Positions 1 through 9,363 of a DNA stretch of 64,000 bases are shown piece after piece (positions within the stretch are counted from its first letter, which is position 1; each line of letters opens with the position of its first letter). The DNA is from a phage, in the sequence record PV419677.1; one strand, given 5' to 3'. The translations under genes and the position numbers were made by a program. The notes beneath the pieces were generated by a model. The model was not told the DNA's origin and ran no database searches. It was given only the letters and a program-made list of their open reading frames with translations.

Positions 1-158
1 GTCAAATTGTGTGGCAGGTCTTGACGAATCCACGCTTTATAAAGCGCTTCTTTAATCGGACCTGCAAGCTGCCACTTTGTTCCGTTTTGACTAATAACAT
101 AATCAGCAGTCGTATCTTTACCACTGCGTTTTTTACCCACAATCGCAATTAATTTCAT
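1..158 (-). CDS. 1: dNMP kinase (T4 gene 1), N-terminal portion only; ORF runs off the window start
   Basis: Reverse translation from ATG at 158 gives MKLIAIVGKKRSGKDTTADYVISQNGTKWQLAGPIKEALYKAW..., with P-loop GKKRSGKDT and a close match to the recalled T4 gp1 N-terminus; start overlaps the upstream stop (ATGA). Confidence 0.7.
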   Translation of the reverse strand, partial: MKLIAIVGKKRSGKDTTADYVISQNGTKWQLAGPIKEALYKAWIRQDLPHNL

Positions 159-754
159 ACGTTTCTCATAGATGGATGCATTGACTTAGACCTGATTTCC
201 TGTTGCATTGCTGCATTACTATCAATCTGTGGTCTACCTTCTATTATTATACCATCAATTTCTACAGCAAAAGACTTAAAGTTAAAAGTTGCTGTTGCAT
301 TGATAGCCGGGTCAGAATCTTCTTTATATGAGTACTGAATCTCTGACAGGTCGGACGGCCATGCTCCATAGTAATGGATTGACATGACAATTTTGTCCTT
401 GTTGTTATCTAAGATATGAAGCGTGACCGCTTCGGGGCGACCCTTCGGATGCCATGCTTTTGATTCGTGTGTGATGTAGTTGTTGAGCGAGAGCATCCAT
501 TTATAGATGTCAAGCCATGCTCTTAAGTCTTTGTCACACAGAAAGTTAACAATCAGTGGGTCGAATTCTATTGTACTACCAGGAAGGCTGGAGCGATTTA
601 TACCTTGTGTTCCGCCCGGAACATCCGTCACAGGAATGTGAACTCCAGGGAGGGTAACATCTTGAACGTTGAGTTTAAAGGTCTGTGTGAGGTTTGAATC
701 GCTTACCTCTAATATAAAGTTAGTCGTGTTAGTTTGATTATATAAACCTGACAT
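155..754 (-). CDS. 3: tail completion / sheath stabilizer protein gp3 (assigned by position between genes 1 and 2)
   Basis: 199 aa ORF in track; SD AAGGTG upstream of ATG at 754; synteny 1-3-2-4 as in T4; sequence not independently recognised. Confidence 0.5.
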   Translation of the reverse strand: MSGLYNQTNTTNFILEVSDSNLTQTFKLNVQDVTLPGVHIPVTDVPGGTQGINRSSLPGSTIEFDPLIVNFLCDKDLRAWLDIYKWMLSLNNYITHESKAWHPKGRPEAVTLHILDNNKDKIVMSIHYYGAWPSDLSEIQYSYKEDSDPAINATATFNFKSFAVEIDGIIIEGRPQIDSNAAMQQEIRSKSMHPSMRNV

Positions 755-766
755 AATGCACCTTGT

Positions 767-804
767 TTGCTTTAAAACAATCAGTGTTATAATGGTTCTA
801 GACC
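767..804 (+). promoter_or_regulatory. MotA-type middle promoter module (TTGCTTTA, 13 nt, TATAAT) followed by palindromic element GGTTCTAGACC; oriented antisense to the downstream HNH gene
   Basis: TTGCTTTA at 767-774, TATAAT at 788-793, GGTTCTAGACC at 794-804; same module recurs at 37917-37955, 43231-43266, 61727-61764 and in variant form at 27761-27797. Confidence 0.45.
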
Positions 805-839
805 TTTTGTCCTTACCAATAACACTGACCGATAATAGA

Positions 840-1514
840 TTATTTTATTAATGTGTTAAGTCTTAGCTTAGTCATAAACGGATAACGTTCCAACATTGGC
901 TTTACCCAGTATCGAGGATGCAATTCCTTTTTATATGCTAGGACCAACTCTCGAGCTTGCTCGACGGTATCAACTCCGAAGTTTTTACACATTTCTTGCC
1001 TATCTTTTTCCCACCGGCGCTTTCTCAATTCATCCTGAATCTCTTTATTTTTAAAATGTTCATTATTGCGAGAATGTTTTGTACCCTTGGTTGGACTGTA
1101 ATGTCTTCCTTTGACAAACCCATCCGGAACATCTTCCCATGGAAATAGTTTTATCGATTTGACACCATTATTAAAGTAAACTTTACCGGTTTGACTTTTA
1201 GAAATATTGTCAGCGTGCCTACGTCTTAACCAACCAAATAATTTATTATTGCGTTTCAAATACTTGCTTGACTGACTCATAGATGTGGCGGCAAAACTTA
1301 AACCTGGATTTGTATGATATATTTTAACCAATAGTTGATGGGCTACATAATGTTCCTCTGGAGTCAAATCGACCAGATTATCTGGGTCATTGGAACCGCC
1401 CATACATTTTGGAATGATGTGATGAGATTCTTTATATGAAATCAGGACCCTATTACGGGCCCTTTCAATTAACGATAAATATATAAACTGATAATTCAAA
1501 GTGAATTTCTCCAT
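840..1514 (-). CDS. HNH homing endonuclease (freestanding, Mob-like)
   Basis: Motif [31 protein letters not shown] is a classic HNH core; AT-rich relative to neighbours; absent from this position in T4; start overlaps the 3' end of gene 2 by 19 nt. Confidence 0.8.
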   Translation of the reverse strand: MEKFTLNYQFIYLSLIERARNRVLISYKESHHIIPKCMGGSNDPDNLVDLTPEEHYVAHQLLVKIYHTNPGLSFAATSMSQSSKYLKRNNKLFGWLRRRHADNISKSQTGKVYFNNGVKSIKLFPWEDVPDGFVKGRHYSPTKGTKHSRNNEHFKNKEIQDELRKRRWEKDRQEMCKNFGVDTVEQARELVLAYKKELHPRYWVKPMLERYPFMTKLRLNTLIK

Positions 1515-2332
1515 ACTTTCTGTGAAGAAAATCTTTTGCCTTTTGAAAAAAACTGCTGAAGGGGGAGTAATACAACGTTTGCCCAGTCGCTGGGCTTGAT
1601 TTCAGTGATAGTACCTTTTATATTGCCAGGTATATATGCTTTAATCATCTGGTCAGCCCCTTTAAATCCCTTCACCTTTGACCAATCAATCTTCAGATGA
1701 GTCTTGTTTGTAATCGTAGGAGTATTGGCATATTGTTTAAGAAGTTCCTCAAGGAACTCTTGACGTGCCTTCGGTGGAATATAGTGCAAGTTCAAACCAT
1801 ACATCAAATTGTGCTTACCTAGCCCAAGATAAATGATTAACGGATATTTGTCCCAGTATGGAAGAGTATCCTTATGCTTTGCATCATAGATATAAGCATA
1901 AAGTTTGCCCGGTTGAGGTTTAGCCGTTACGTGCCCACGAACTGATTTCTTAATTGTCTCTGCGAACCATCTGGCAGATTTGGTGTTGCTTGCAGCACCT
2001 TCGTTAGCAATCTTATCTCTTATGCTCTTTCTAAAGCTATTCACCATTATCAGCTGGCGTTCTGCCTTCGTAAGTTTACCAGCAGGTTTCTTTTTGAGTT
2101 TAGATACTTTATAAGCAGTCTGAATTCTTGAATTGTATCTTGACATGCTTTTGGTAAAGGTCGAATAGTTGATTCCTTTCTCTTCAGCAAACTTCTTCGA
2201 GGTCATTCCCTTTTCTTTTGCTGTATAAAATTCAACCCCTATCTCAACCCATTGTTGTTCGGATTTACTGGGTTTCGGACCTGGTTTATCTGCAGATTCA
2301 TTGATAAATGTAAAAATACTCATCCTTTCCAT
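1496..2332 (-). CDS. 2: gp2 DNA end-protector protein
   Basis: 278 aa (T4 gp2 about 274 aa); synteny between genes 3 and 4. Confidence 0.75.
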   Translation of the reverse strand: MERMSIFTFINESADKPGPKPSKSEQQWVEIGVEFYTAKEKGMTSKKFAEEKGINYSTFTKSMSRYNSRIQTAYKVSKLKKKPAGKLTKAERQLIMVNSFRKSIRDKIANEGAASNTKSARWFAETIKKSVRGHVTAKPQPGKLYAYIYDAKHKDTLPYWDKYPLIIYLGLGKHNLMYGLNLHYIPPKARQEFLEELLKQYANTPTITNKTHLKIDWSKVKGFKGADQMIKAYIPGNIKGTITEIKPSDWANVVLLPLQQFFSKGKRFSSQKVWRNSL

Positions 2333-3048
2333 CCTTCTATAAAATTAATCAAATCATTTTTTAAATAGTATGGTAAGGTTTCTGTATAGCCATCGACCAT
2401 AATATCTTTATTCAAATAACCTCTGTCTTTTATATATAATACAGATATTGCGGATTCTAACATTTTGGCTTGTGCACCCAGTTCAAATTCTCGATAATAT
2501 AATTTGGAACTAATGCATTTGGAAAAATGATTTTGCTGCCACAATCTAAAATCATGATTGGAAGTTATACCATACTTTAAAGCAGTTCCGCCCGGATATT
2601 CTATTTTATTAACATAAACAATAGCAGGTTTCTTTGCGTTAAATCCTTTGTGACAACAGTTTGGACATCCTTTGTTTTTTGTTGTAAAGTTGTTTAGATT
2701 TGTAATCCAACTGGTTGAACATGTAGAACACTTTATATAGGCTTTTGATTTTGTAAAAGTTGAATATGTGGTATCCCATTTATCAAAACTATACAATGGA
2801 TTCACGGAATTTATTCTTGTGATTGCATCTAATTCAGATATTAATTTGCTTTCACCATAAGAACGTTTTAAATTACAATTAGAACACCAACTTTTTGTTT
2901 TTAACTTATGCTTTAAAACAGTTGCTTTGTATTTGCATGTTTCTTCACATATAAAGCACTTTACAAATATCAAAGTTTTTGATTTATTAAAATCGCCTTG
3001 TCCCACTATCTCGCCATTTGTGATGTTAAAATCTGAACAATCGTACAT
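2320..3048 (-). CDS. Cys-rich protein (four CxxC pairs) with GIY-YIG-like C-terminal half; putative nuclease inserted between genes 2 and 4
   Basis: N-terminal [23 protein letters not shown]; C-terminal [29 protein letters not shown]...YREFELG resembles the GIY(10-11)YIG, Arg and Glu pattern of I-TevI-type domains; start ATG overlaps gp4 stop (TAATG), stop overlaps gp2 start. Confidence 0.45.
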   Translation of the reverse strand: MYDCSDFNITNGEIVGQGDFNKSKTLIFVKCFICEETCKYKATVLKHKLKTKSWCSNCNLKRSYGESKLISELDAITRINSVNPLYSFDKWDTTYSTFTKSKAYIKCSTCSTSWITNLNNFTTKNKGCPNCCHKGFNAKKPAIVYVNKIEYPGGTALKYGITSNHDFRLWQQNHFSKCISSKLYYREFELGAQAKMLESAISVLYIKDRGYLNKDIMVDGYTETLPYYLKNDLINFIEGWKG

Positions 3049-3500
3049 TATAAACCCTTATATCCCATTTTTCTAAGCGCATCTTCAGTAATCAATCTAA
3101 ACTGGATGCCCATTTTATCGGCTACGGCCTGCGCTGCTTTCCACTTATCCTTGTTGACGGCCCAAGTGTACATTTCGTTCATGAATCTCTTCTTGCTCGC
3201 GGCAGTCGTATTAACTGGTTTTGCTGGAGGCCTTGTTTCCTTTTTGGGTTTGACCTCAAAGAAAAACTGTTGTCCATTTGAGAATTTCACCCACATATCC
3301 ATGTAATATCTGCGTTTTTTACCATCCGCATTACTGAAATATGGAATAATTACGGTCTCTGACCCCCATTGCACCACATCTGGATGATTATCCAACCAGT
3401 TAAATACAAATTTTTCCCAGTTTGACCTGTATGTGATTTTCTTCCAGTCTCCTTTGTACTTGGCAACGTTTTTTGGCTGCCACTTCCCGGAGTATGCCAT
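3048..3500 (-). CDS. 4: gp4 head completion protein
   Basis: 150 aa, same length as T4 gp4; SD AGGAGG before ATG at 3500; synteny. Confidence 0.75.
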   Translation of the reverse strand: MAYSGKWQPKNVAKYKGDWKKITYRSNWEKFVFNWLDNHPDVVQWGSETVIIPYFSNADGKKRRYYMDMWVKFSNGQQFFFEVKPKKETRPPAKPVNTTAASKKRFMNEMYTWAVNKDKWKAAQAVADKMGIQFRLITEDALRKMGYKGL

Positions 3501-3548
3501 ATAGCCTCCTAATAAATATTGATATACTTATTTATAAATGGAGGCTTT

Positions 3549-4151
3549 ATGCTTTTTTCATTTTTTAACCCAATTGATTATGATGCTAAAACAATCAGAA
3601 AAAACTCGGCATCATTAACGAAAGAAGACGTCTTAAGCATCCCAATGACTGACATCTTCAGAAACTATCGTGCATATTTTGATAAGGTTGCGGTTAATTA
3701 TACACCGAAAACATATTACATCGCTGGAGCTCCAAGACCTGAAGAACTTGCATATCAGCTCTATGGTAATACTCAACTCTATTGGGTTCTCCTTATGCTT
3801 AATGATATCTATGACCCGTATTATGGTTGGATATGTTCACAAGAATCATCATATCAGGCATCAATTCAACGCTATTCGAATATAGGTGGTAATCAGGTTC
3901 TTTATCATGTAAATGAAGATGGTGAAAAATTCTGGAATCTTGTTTCTTATCCTGATAATCCATACACATGGTATGATAAAGGTGATAAGAACAAATTATA
4001 CCCACAGTATGAAGGCCCATTAGCTGCAGTGGATATCTACGAAGATGCTATTCGCAAAAATGAATATAAACGAGAAATAAAGATAATCGACCCTAATGAT
4101 ATCGAATCATTTATTTCGGCATTAATCCGCGAGATGGAGAAGGCGCTATGA
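3549..4151 (+). CDS. 53: gp53 baseplate wedge protein
   Basis: Track ORF begins at a TTG (3519); ATG at 3549 preceded by GGAGG gives MLFSFFNPIDYDAKT..., matching the recalled T4 gp53 N-terminus; about 200 aa. Confidence 0.85.
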   Translation: MLFSFFNPIDYDAKTIRKNSASLTKEDVLSIPMTDIFRNYRAYFDKVAVNYTPKTYYIAGAPRPEELAYQLYGNTQLYWVLLMLNDIYDPYYGWICSQESSYQASIQRYSNIGGNQVLYHVNEDGEKFWNLVSYPDNPYTWYDKGDKNKLYPQYEGPLAAVDIYEDAIRKNEYKREIKIIDPNDIESFISALIREMEKAL

Positions 4152-5890
4152 TTAATATGTCAGATAGTGTAAGTTGGTTCGTCGGTGTTGTCGAAGACCG
4201 AATGGACCCACTTCAACAAGGTCGTGTTCGTGTTCGTGTATGGGGTATGCATCCATATGAGAAATCGCAAGGGCCTGTAAAAGGTATCAGAACTGAAGAC
4301 CTGCCCTGGATGTCTGTATTGATGCCAACATCATCTGCATCGGTTTCCGGTATTCAAACTGCCATGACTGGTATGGTCCCGGGTACTCAAGTATATGGTC
4401 ACTTTTTGGACAAATGGAAGCTCAATGGATTAGTCCTTGGTACATATGGCTCAGCATCAAGACAGAAGGCAAACACAACAGAAGGTTTTAGTGACCCCAC
4501 AGGGCAATATCCGCTTTATGTGGGCAATGATGCTGCTGCGCTTAACCGAGGCGGTGAGGTCGGTTATGATGACACTTCAAACGTAATTCAGGATGCAAAC
4601 CTTGATTTGGGTATTAACCCTGATGGCCTTGATTTGAGTCAAGTTAAGCCAGATGATAATCCTAATTTCACAATTGAAAATATGCTTCACCGCGATGAAG
4701 GTCTTCGTCTGAAAGTATATTGGGACACTGAAGGTTATCCTACTATAGGTATAGGACACTTAATTACACCACAACCTATTAGAGATATGAATCAGATAAA
4801 CAAAATATTATCCAATCAAATAGGCCGTGAAGTTAAAGGTAACCCTGGTGCAATATCAATGGACGAGGCTTCTAAGTTATTCCAAGAAGACCTTAAAAAA
4901 GTCCAAAATGATATAGGTAGACATAGTGTTGTAGGTCCGGTTTACAATAAAGAAAACCGTTCAAGACAAATGGCTCTTGAAAACATGGCTTTCCAAATGG
5001 GATTAGGTGGACTTGCTAAATTCCGTGGAATGCTTAGTGCAATGTTAATAGGCGATTATAAAAAGGCATTTGAAGAAGCTCGCAATTCAGTATGGTTTAA
5101 CCAAACTAAAGGACGTGCATCAAGGGTATCAATGATTATCCTTACTGGTAATATGGAATCATATGGTATTATGGCCCCTAAAGAAATGGAATTTAAAGGG
5201 CGTTCATATAGGATGATTCAAACCTTTGCGGCCCCTACAAATTCTGACCCGGCCGACCCGTGGACTCCAGAAGATACGAGGATTCTATTTAAAGAGCCAG
5301 AATCAAGTTACAAGGGCGAATATCCTTATGTACAGACAATGCAAACCGAAGGCGGACATATTCAGGAATTCGATAACACTCCAGGACAAGAACGTTATCG
5401 ACTGATTCATCCGACCGGTTCCTATGAGGAAGTTGCACCAGATGGTCGTAAGACTTCGAAGACGGTAGCCGATGGCTATTATATGACCCAGGGTGATTCA
5501 AGCACTTATGTTGGCGGGAATAATAAAGTCAACGTTGGCGGTGATGAAACCTATTACAATATGGCTAACGTTCGTCGTCAGACTGATGGAAACGAAAGTA
5601 TTCATATCAGAGGGAATGAAACCAAAACTATCGAAGGTGATGGTACAATTATCGTCAAAGGTAATGTAAGTATTCTTGTCGAAGGTAATGCTGAAATAAC
5701 TGTCAAAGGCGATGCAAAAACTCTTGTCGAAGGTGACCATGATTATACGGTAAATGGTAATGTCAAATGGTCCGTTAATGGAAACGTTGATATGACCGTG
5801 GCTGGCAATTGGTCCGAAACAATGTCAACAATGAGTTCTATTGCATCTGGTCAATATACTATTGATGGTTCGAGGATTGACATTGGCTAA
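4148..5890 (+). CDS. 5: gp5 baseplate central spike with lysozyme domain
   Basis: 580 aa; lysozyme core EGLRLKVYWDTEGYPTIGIGHL (T4 lysozyme-like); C-terminal beta-helix repeats (VKGNVSILVEGNAEITVKGDAKTLVEGD...). Confidence 0.95.
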   Translation: MINMSDSVSWFVGVVEDRMDPLQQGRVRVRVWGMHPYEKSQGPVKGIRTEDLPWMSVLMPTSSASVSGIQTAMTGMVPGTQVYGHFLDKWKLNGLVLGTYGSASRQKANTTEGFSDPTGQYPLYVGNDAAALNRGGEVGYDDTSNVIQDANLDLGINPDGLDLSQVKPDDNPNFTIENMLHRDEGLRLKVYWDTEGYPTIGIGHLITPQPIRDMNQINKILSNQIGREVKGNPGAISMDEASKLFQEDLKKVQNDIGRHSVVGPVYNKENRSRQMALENMAFQMGLGGLAKFRGMLSAMLIGDYKKAFEEARNSVWFNQTKGRASRVSMIILTGNMESYGIMAPKEMEFKGRSYRMIQTFAAPTNSDPADPWTPEDTRILFKEPESSYKGEYPYVQTMQTEGGHIQEFDNTPGQERYRLIHPTGSYEEVAPDGRKTSKTVADGYYMTQGDSSTYVGGNNKVNVGGDETYYNMANVRRQTDGNESIHIRGNETKTIEGDGTIIVKGNVSILVEGNAEITVKGDAKTLVEGDHDYTVNGNVKWSVNGNVDMTVAGNWSETMSTMSSIASGQYTIDGSRIDIG

Positions 5891-5924
5891 TATACTTCCA
5901 ATGAGCACTGACCTAGGAGACTCC

Positions 5925-6422
5925 ATGGAAGGAGCCTCAATCGATGTTACGTTTACAGCTCAATTAGAAACAAACGAAACATTAGTCGAAATAAATATAA
6001 CTGAATATGAGGCCACCCCTGGCGTTAATGTTGAGGGTAATCATCTTTATGGTGTTTATGAATCCGTGTTCGGATTTGCGGATGATGCACTTAAATATCG
6101 GCTTAATGACGAATTTAAAACTGCTGGTTCATGGGAAGACCTTCCTACCGATAAGAGTACTCAATTGTATCTCTGGAGGGCCCCATCGAGCCTCCAGAAG
6201 GTCTTTTCATACACGGTAACCCTAACCTATGACTTTCAAGAAGAGAGCTCTGGCGGAGACACAGGGAACTCTGGTGGCAGTAATAGCCGTGCAGTTAATG
6301 AGACCGACCCACCTCCTGCGCCAGTAAGAAAGACAATGACAAAAGTTTACACAAAAACTATCGTTGGCAACTGGTCAAGATGGGCAGATAAATTGCGTTC
6401 ATACGTATACGCGAGGGATTAA
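5925..6422 (+). CDS. gp5.1-like protein
   Basis: ATG at 5925 has SD AGGAG 5 nt upstream; track ORF (5841) overlaps gp5; alternative start 5901 lacks SD. Confidence 0.5.
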   Translation: MEGASIDVTFTAQLETNETLVEINITEYEATPGVNVEGNHLYGVYESVFGFADDALKYRLNDEFKTAGSWEDLPTDKSTQLYLWRAPSSLQKVFSYTVTLTYDFQEESSGGDTGNSGGSNSRAVNETDPPPAPVRKTMTKVYTKTIVGNWSRWADKLRSYVYARD

Positions 6423-6715
6423 TGGCTGGATTAAGTTTTAATCAATGTGTTACAGCAGGCCACGAAGCATGGCCGCCGACTGTAATTAATGCAACTCAAG
6501 GTAAAGTATTCACCGGGGGAATTCCAGTATTAGTTGCCGGAGACCCTATTACCGAGCATACCGAAATTAAAAAACCATATGAAACCCATGGCGGAGTAAC
6601 ACAACCAAGAACTTCAAAGGTATTCGTCACCGGTAAGAAAGCTGTTCAAATGGCAGACCCGATTTCATGTGGTGATACTGTGGCTCAAGCCTCGGGGAAG
6701 GTGTTCATAAAATGA
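6422..6715 (+). CDS. 5.4: gp5.4 PAAR-repeat spike tip protein
   Basis: 97 aa (same as T4 gp5.4), position after 5.1. Confidence 0.75.
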   Translation: MAGLSFNQCVTAGHEAWPPTVINATQGKVFTGGIPVLVAGDPITEHTEIKKPYETHGGVTQPRTSKVFVTGKKAVQMADPISCGDTVAQASGKVFIK

Positions 6716-7389
6716 ATAAAGAATTTAATTTTGTGTATATAACCACAAACCTTAAAAATGGTAAAAAGTATATAGGTAAACATTCCACGGATGATATGTT
6801 TGATGGATATTATGGTACAGGAGAGCTTATCAAAAAAGCTTATAAAAAATATGGAAAGGATTTGTTTGAGACAAAAATAATAAAATTTTTTGATACTGAA
6901 GATGAGGCTTACGACTACGAAGAATTTTTAGTAGACGAATCTATAATTTATGATGATAGATATTATAATATAGATTTGGGTGGCAAAGGAAGTATGCGAG
7001 GAAGAAAACATAAGGAATCTTCAAAGAAGCAAATATCAGACAAAATGAAGGGTAGGTCAAAGCCACCACGAAGTAAAGAATATATTGAAAATTTTGAAAA
7101 AGCTATGGCCAAAAGGAGAAAGCCTAAACCACCTCCTAAGCCGAGGGTTTTTGTTAGAGGAGAAGAACATCCTTTATATAAAAGATCAAGACCGCAATCT
7201 GTTATTGACCTATGTAAACTTAATAATAGAAAACACCCCATATGGCAATCATATGATATTTTATTCAAATTATGGAAAGAAAATGATAAGCCAGGTTGGA
7301 GAAAAATGACCAGATTAGCCATTGAAAACGGATTTCCAAATACGGCTTATGATAAAATGATAAAACAATTTAAACAGGATTCAGAATAA
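6712..7389 (+). CDS. GIY-YIG homing endonuclease (Seg-like), inserted between 5.4 and 6
   Basis: N-terminal [18 protein letters not shown] (GIY...YIG), YYGTG, YNIDLGG; basic Lys/Arg/Pro-rich C-terminal DNA-binding region; strongly AT-rich; ATGA overlap with gp5.4 stop and TAATG overlap with gp6 start; no gene at this position in T4. Confidence 0.8.
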   Translation: MNKEFNFVYITTNLKNGKKYIGKHSTDDMFDGYYGTGELIKKAYKKYGKDLFETKIIKFFDTEDEAYDYEEFLVDESIIYDDRYYNIDLGGKGSMRGRKHKESSKKQISDKMKGRSKPPRSKEYIENFEKAMAKRRKPKPPPKPRVFVRGEEHPLYKRSRPQSVIDLCKLNNRKHPIWQSYDILFKLWKENDKPGWRKMTRLAIENGFPNTAYDKMIKQFKQDSE

Positions 7390-9335
7390 TGGCTACTCCT
7401 ACGAATTACCAATTAACAAGAACCGTTAACGCTATCCCAAAAGTATTTGTGGGAGCTACGTTTGAAGAAATTAAAAAGAATATCATCGACTGGTTATCAA
7501 GCCAGGATGAATTTAAGGATTATGATTTCGTAGGTTCGCGAATGAATATCCTGATTGACATGCTTGCATATAATACATTGTATATGCAGCAGTTTGCTAA
7601 TACAGCGGTTTATGAATCATTTATCGGAACTGCAAACTTAAGGTCTTCAGTTGTTCAGGCTGCGCAGGATAATGGATATCTTCCATCTTCTCGCTCGGCT
7701 GCAAAGACTTCGGTTATGTTGACATGTTCTCATGCTCTGCAGCCATCGAATATTGAAATCCCACGAGGAACTAAATTCCTGGCTTATGCTCGTGATACAT
7801 CAGCCGACCCTTATGTTTTTGTTACCACGGAAAACGTTATCGCGGTTAAAGATATTAACAACCAATACCTTCCGATTGTATCTCTGGCACAGGGTCGTAT
7901 TATTCGTACGGAACTTTTATATGACCCGAAACAACCTATTCTTATCCGCGACCCGGATATTGACCGCAAAGAAGTTAAGTTATATGTGAATGGTGTTGAG
8001 TGGGATGACTGGACGAATAAATCAATGGTTCACGCTGGTTCGACTTCCACCATATTTTATATGCGTGAAACAATCGATGGCTATACCGAATTTTTCTTCG
8101 GTGAAGGCGAATCCACCAAATCTGTGGCCGGTGGCGTTATGGAAGCCAACTATATTGGCGGTCTTAAACCTGTGCAAGATTCAACAATTGTTATTGAGTA
8201 TCTTCGTACTTCCGGGGCAGATGCAAACGGCGCTGTCGATTTCAGTTATGCTGATACGTTGTCTTATATCACAGTGGATAAGATTACCGAAAACTATAAT
8301 AACGACCCTGATTATGTCGGTGCCGATGGCGGTGGTGACCCAGAAGATATCGAACGTATCCGTGAACTGGCTGTTGTTAAACGTGAAGCGCAGATGCGTG
8401 CTGTCACCGGAACGGATTATGATACCTTCGTATCCGAAAGATTTGGCTCAATCGTGCAAGCCGTACAGACGTTTACAGACGCTAATAAACCAGGGTATGC
8501 GTTTATATCAGTTAAGCCTAAATCGGGCTTGTATCTCACTGCAGTGCAGCGTGAGGACATCCAGAACTACCTTAGCGAGTTCAACGTATCAACAATTACA
8601 CCATCGGTAATTTCTCCGGATTATTTGTTCCTTAAACATAATATCAAAGTGTCTTATGCGCTGAACAAATTGCAAGAATCTGAACAATGGTTGCAAGCAC
8701 AAATCATTAATCAGATTGACCGTTATTATATTGATGAAGTTGAAATCTTTAACAGAAGTTTTGCTAAGTCAAAAATGCTTACATACGTGGATAATACCGA
8801 CCATAGTATTCTTGGTTCGTCTGCAACCATTTCGATGGTGCGTGAGGTCCTGAACTTCTTTAAGACTCCGGAATCCGGCATTAAATACTATAACCAGTAT
8901 GGCAACCGTTCAGTCGAATCAAGCGAATTTGAATTTGTTCCGACTACAGGTGAAGCCTATAACGTTCGCATTGTTGCAACTGATAAAGATTCTCGCGGTG
9001 ATGGCAAAATGGTAATTGGTCCATTCCGTCCGGGTGATGTTATCGAAAACGTAAACATCCAGCCTTACCTGCAAGATGACTTTAATAAAATGGAAGCTCC
9101 GGCTGACCAAACAGTTTATTACGCAATTGGCGAAATTGACTATTACTCTGATTATATTTTTTGGGATATCGCTGCGATTGGATTGACCTCCGACCGCTTT
9201 GAAGTTCAATCAATCGAACTTTATGCAAGTCCCAACCAAGATAATATATACACGCAAGATGGTTCACTGATTGTATTTGAGAATGACCTTCGTCCACAAT
9301 ATACAAAGATTGACCTTGAACCGATTACACTATAA
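7389..9335 (+). CDS. 6: gp6 baseplate wedge protein
   Basis: 648 aa (T4 about 660), synteny. Confidence 0.9.
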   Translation: MATPTNYQLTRTVNAIPKVFVGATFEEIKKNIIDWLSSQDEFKDYDFVGSRMNILIDMLAYNTLYMQQFANTAVYESFIGTANLRSSVVQAAQDNGYLPSSRSAAKTSVMLTCSHALQPSNIEIPRGTKFLAYARDTSADPYVFVTTENVIAVKDINNQYLPIVSLAQGRIIRTELLYDPKQPILIRDPDIDRKEVKLYVNGVEWDDWTNKSMVHAGSTSTIFYMRETIDGYTEFFFGEGESTKSVAGGVMEANYIGGLKPVQDSTIVIEYLRTSGADANGAVDFSYADTLSYITVDKITENYNNDPDYVGADGGGDPEDIERIRELAVVKREAQMRAVTGTDYDTFVSERFGSIVQAVQTFTDANKPGYAFISVKPKSGLYLTAVQREDIQNYLSEFNVSTITPSVISPDYLFLKHNIKVSYALNKLQESEQWLQAQIINQIDRYYIDEVEIFNRSFAKSKMLTYVDNTDHSILGSSATISMVREVLNFFKTPESGIKYYNQYGNRSVESSEFEFVPTTGEAYNVRIVATDKDSRGDGKMVIGPFRPGDVIENVNIQPYLQDDFNKMEAPADQTVYYAIGEIDYYSDYIFWDIAAIGLTSDRFEVQSIELYASPNQDNIYTQDGSLIVFENDLRPQYTKIDLEPITL

Positions 9336-9354
9336 GCCTCTTCGGAGGCTTTTT
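9335..9354 (+). terminator. terminator-like hairpin between genes 6 and 7
   Basis: AGCCTC-TTCG-GAGGCT followed by TTTTT right after gp6 stop; SD AAGGA then gp7 ATG at 9364. Confidence 0.4.
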
Positions 9355-9363
9355 AAGGAAACC

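Noticed and set aside
9271-9363. Track-predicted N-terminal extensions of gp7 (also wac at 18377, gp19 at 27881, uvsW at 40416, rIII at 58715)
   Set aside because: Extensions overlap upstream genes or promoters and lack SD; internal ATGs with SD reproduce the recalled T4 N-termini and lengths.
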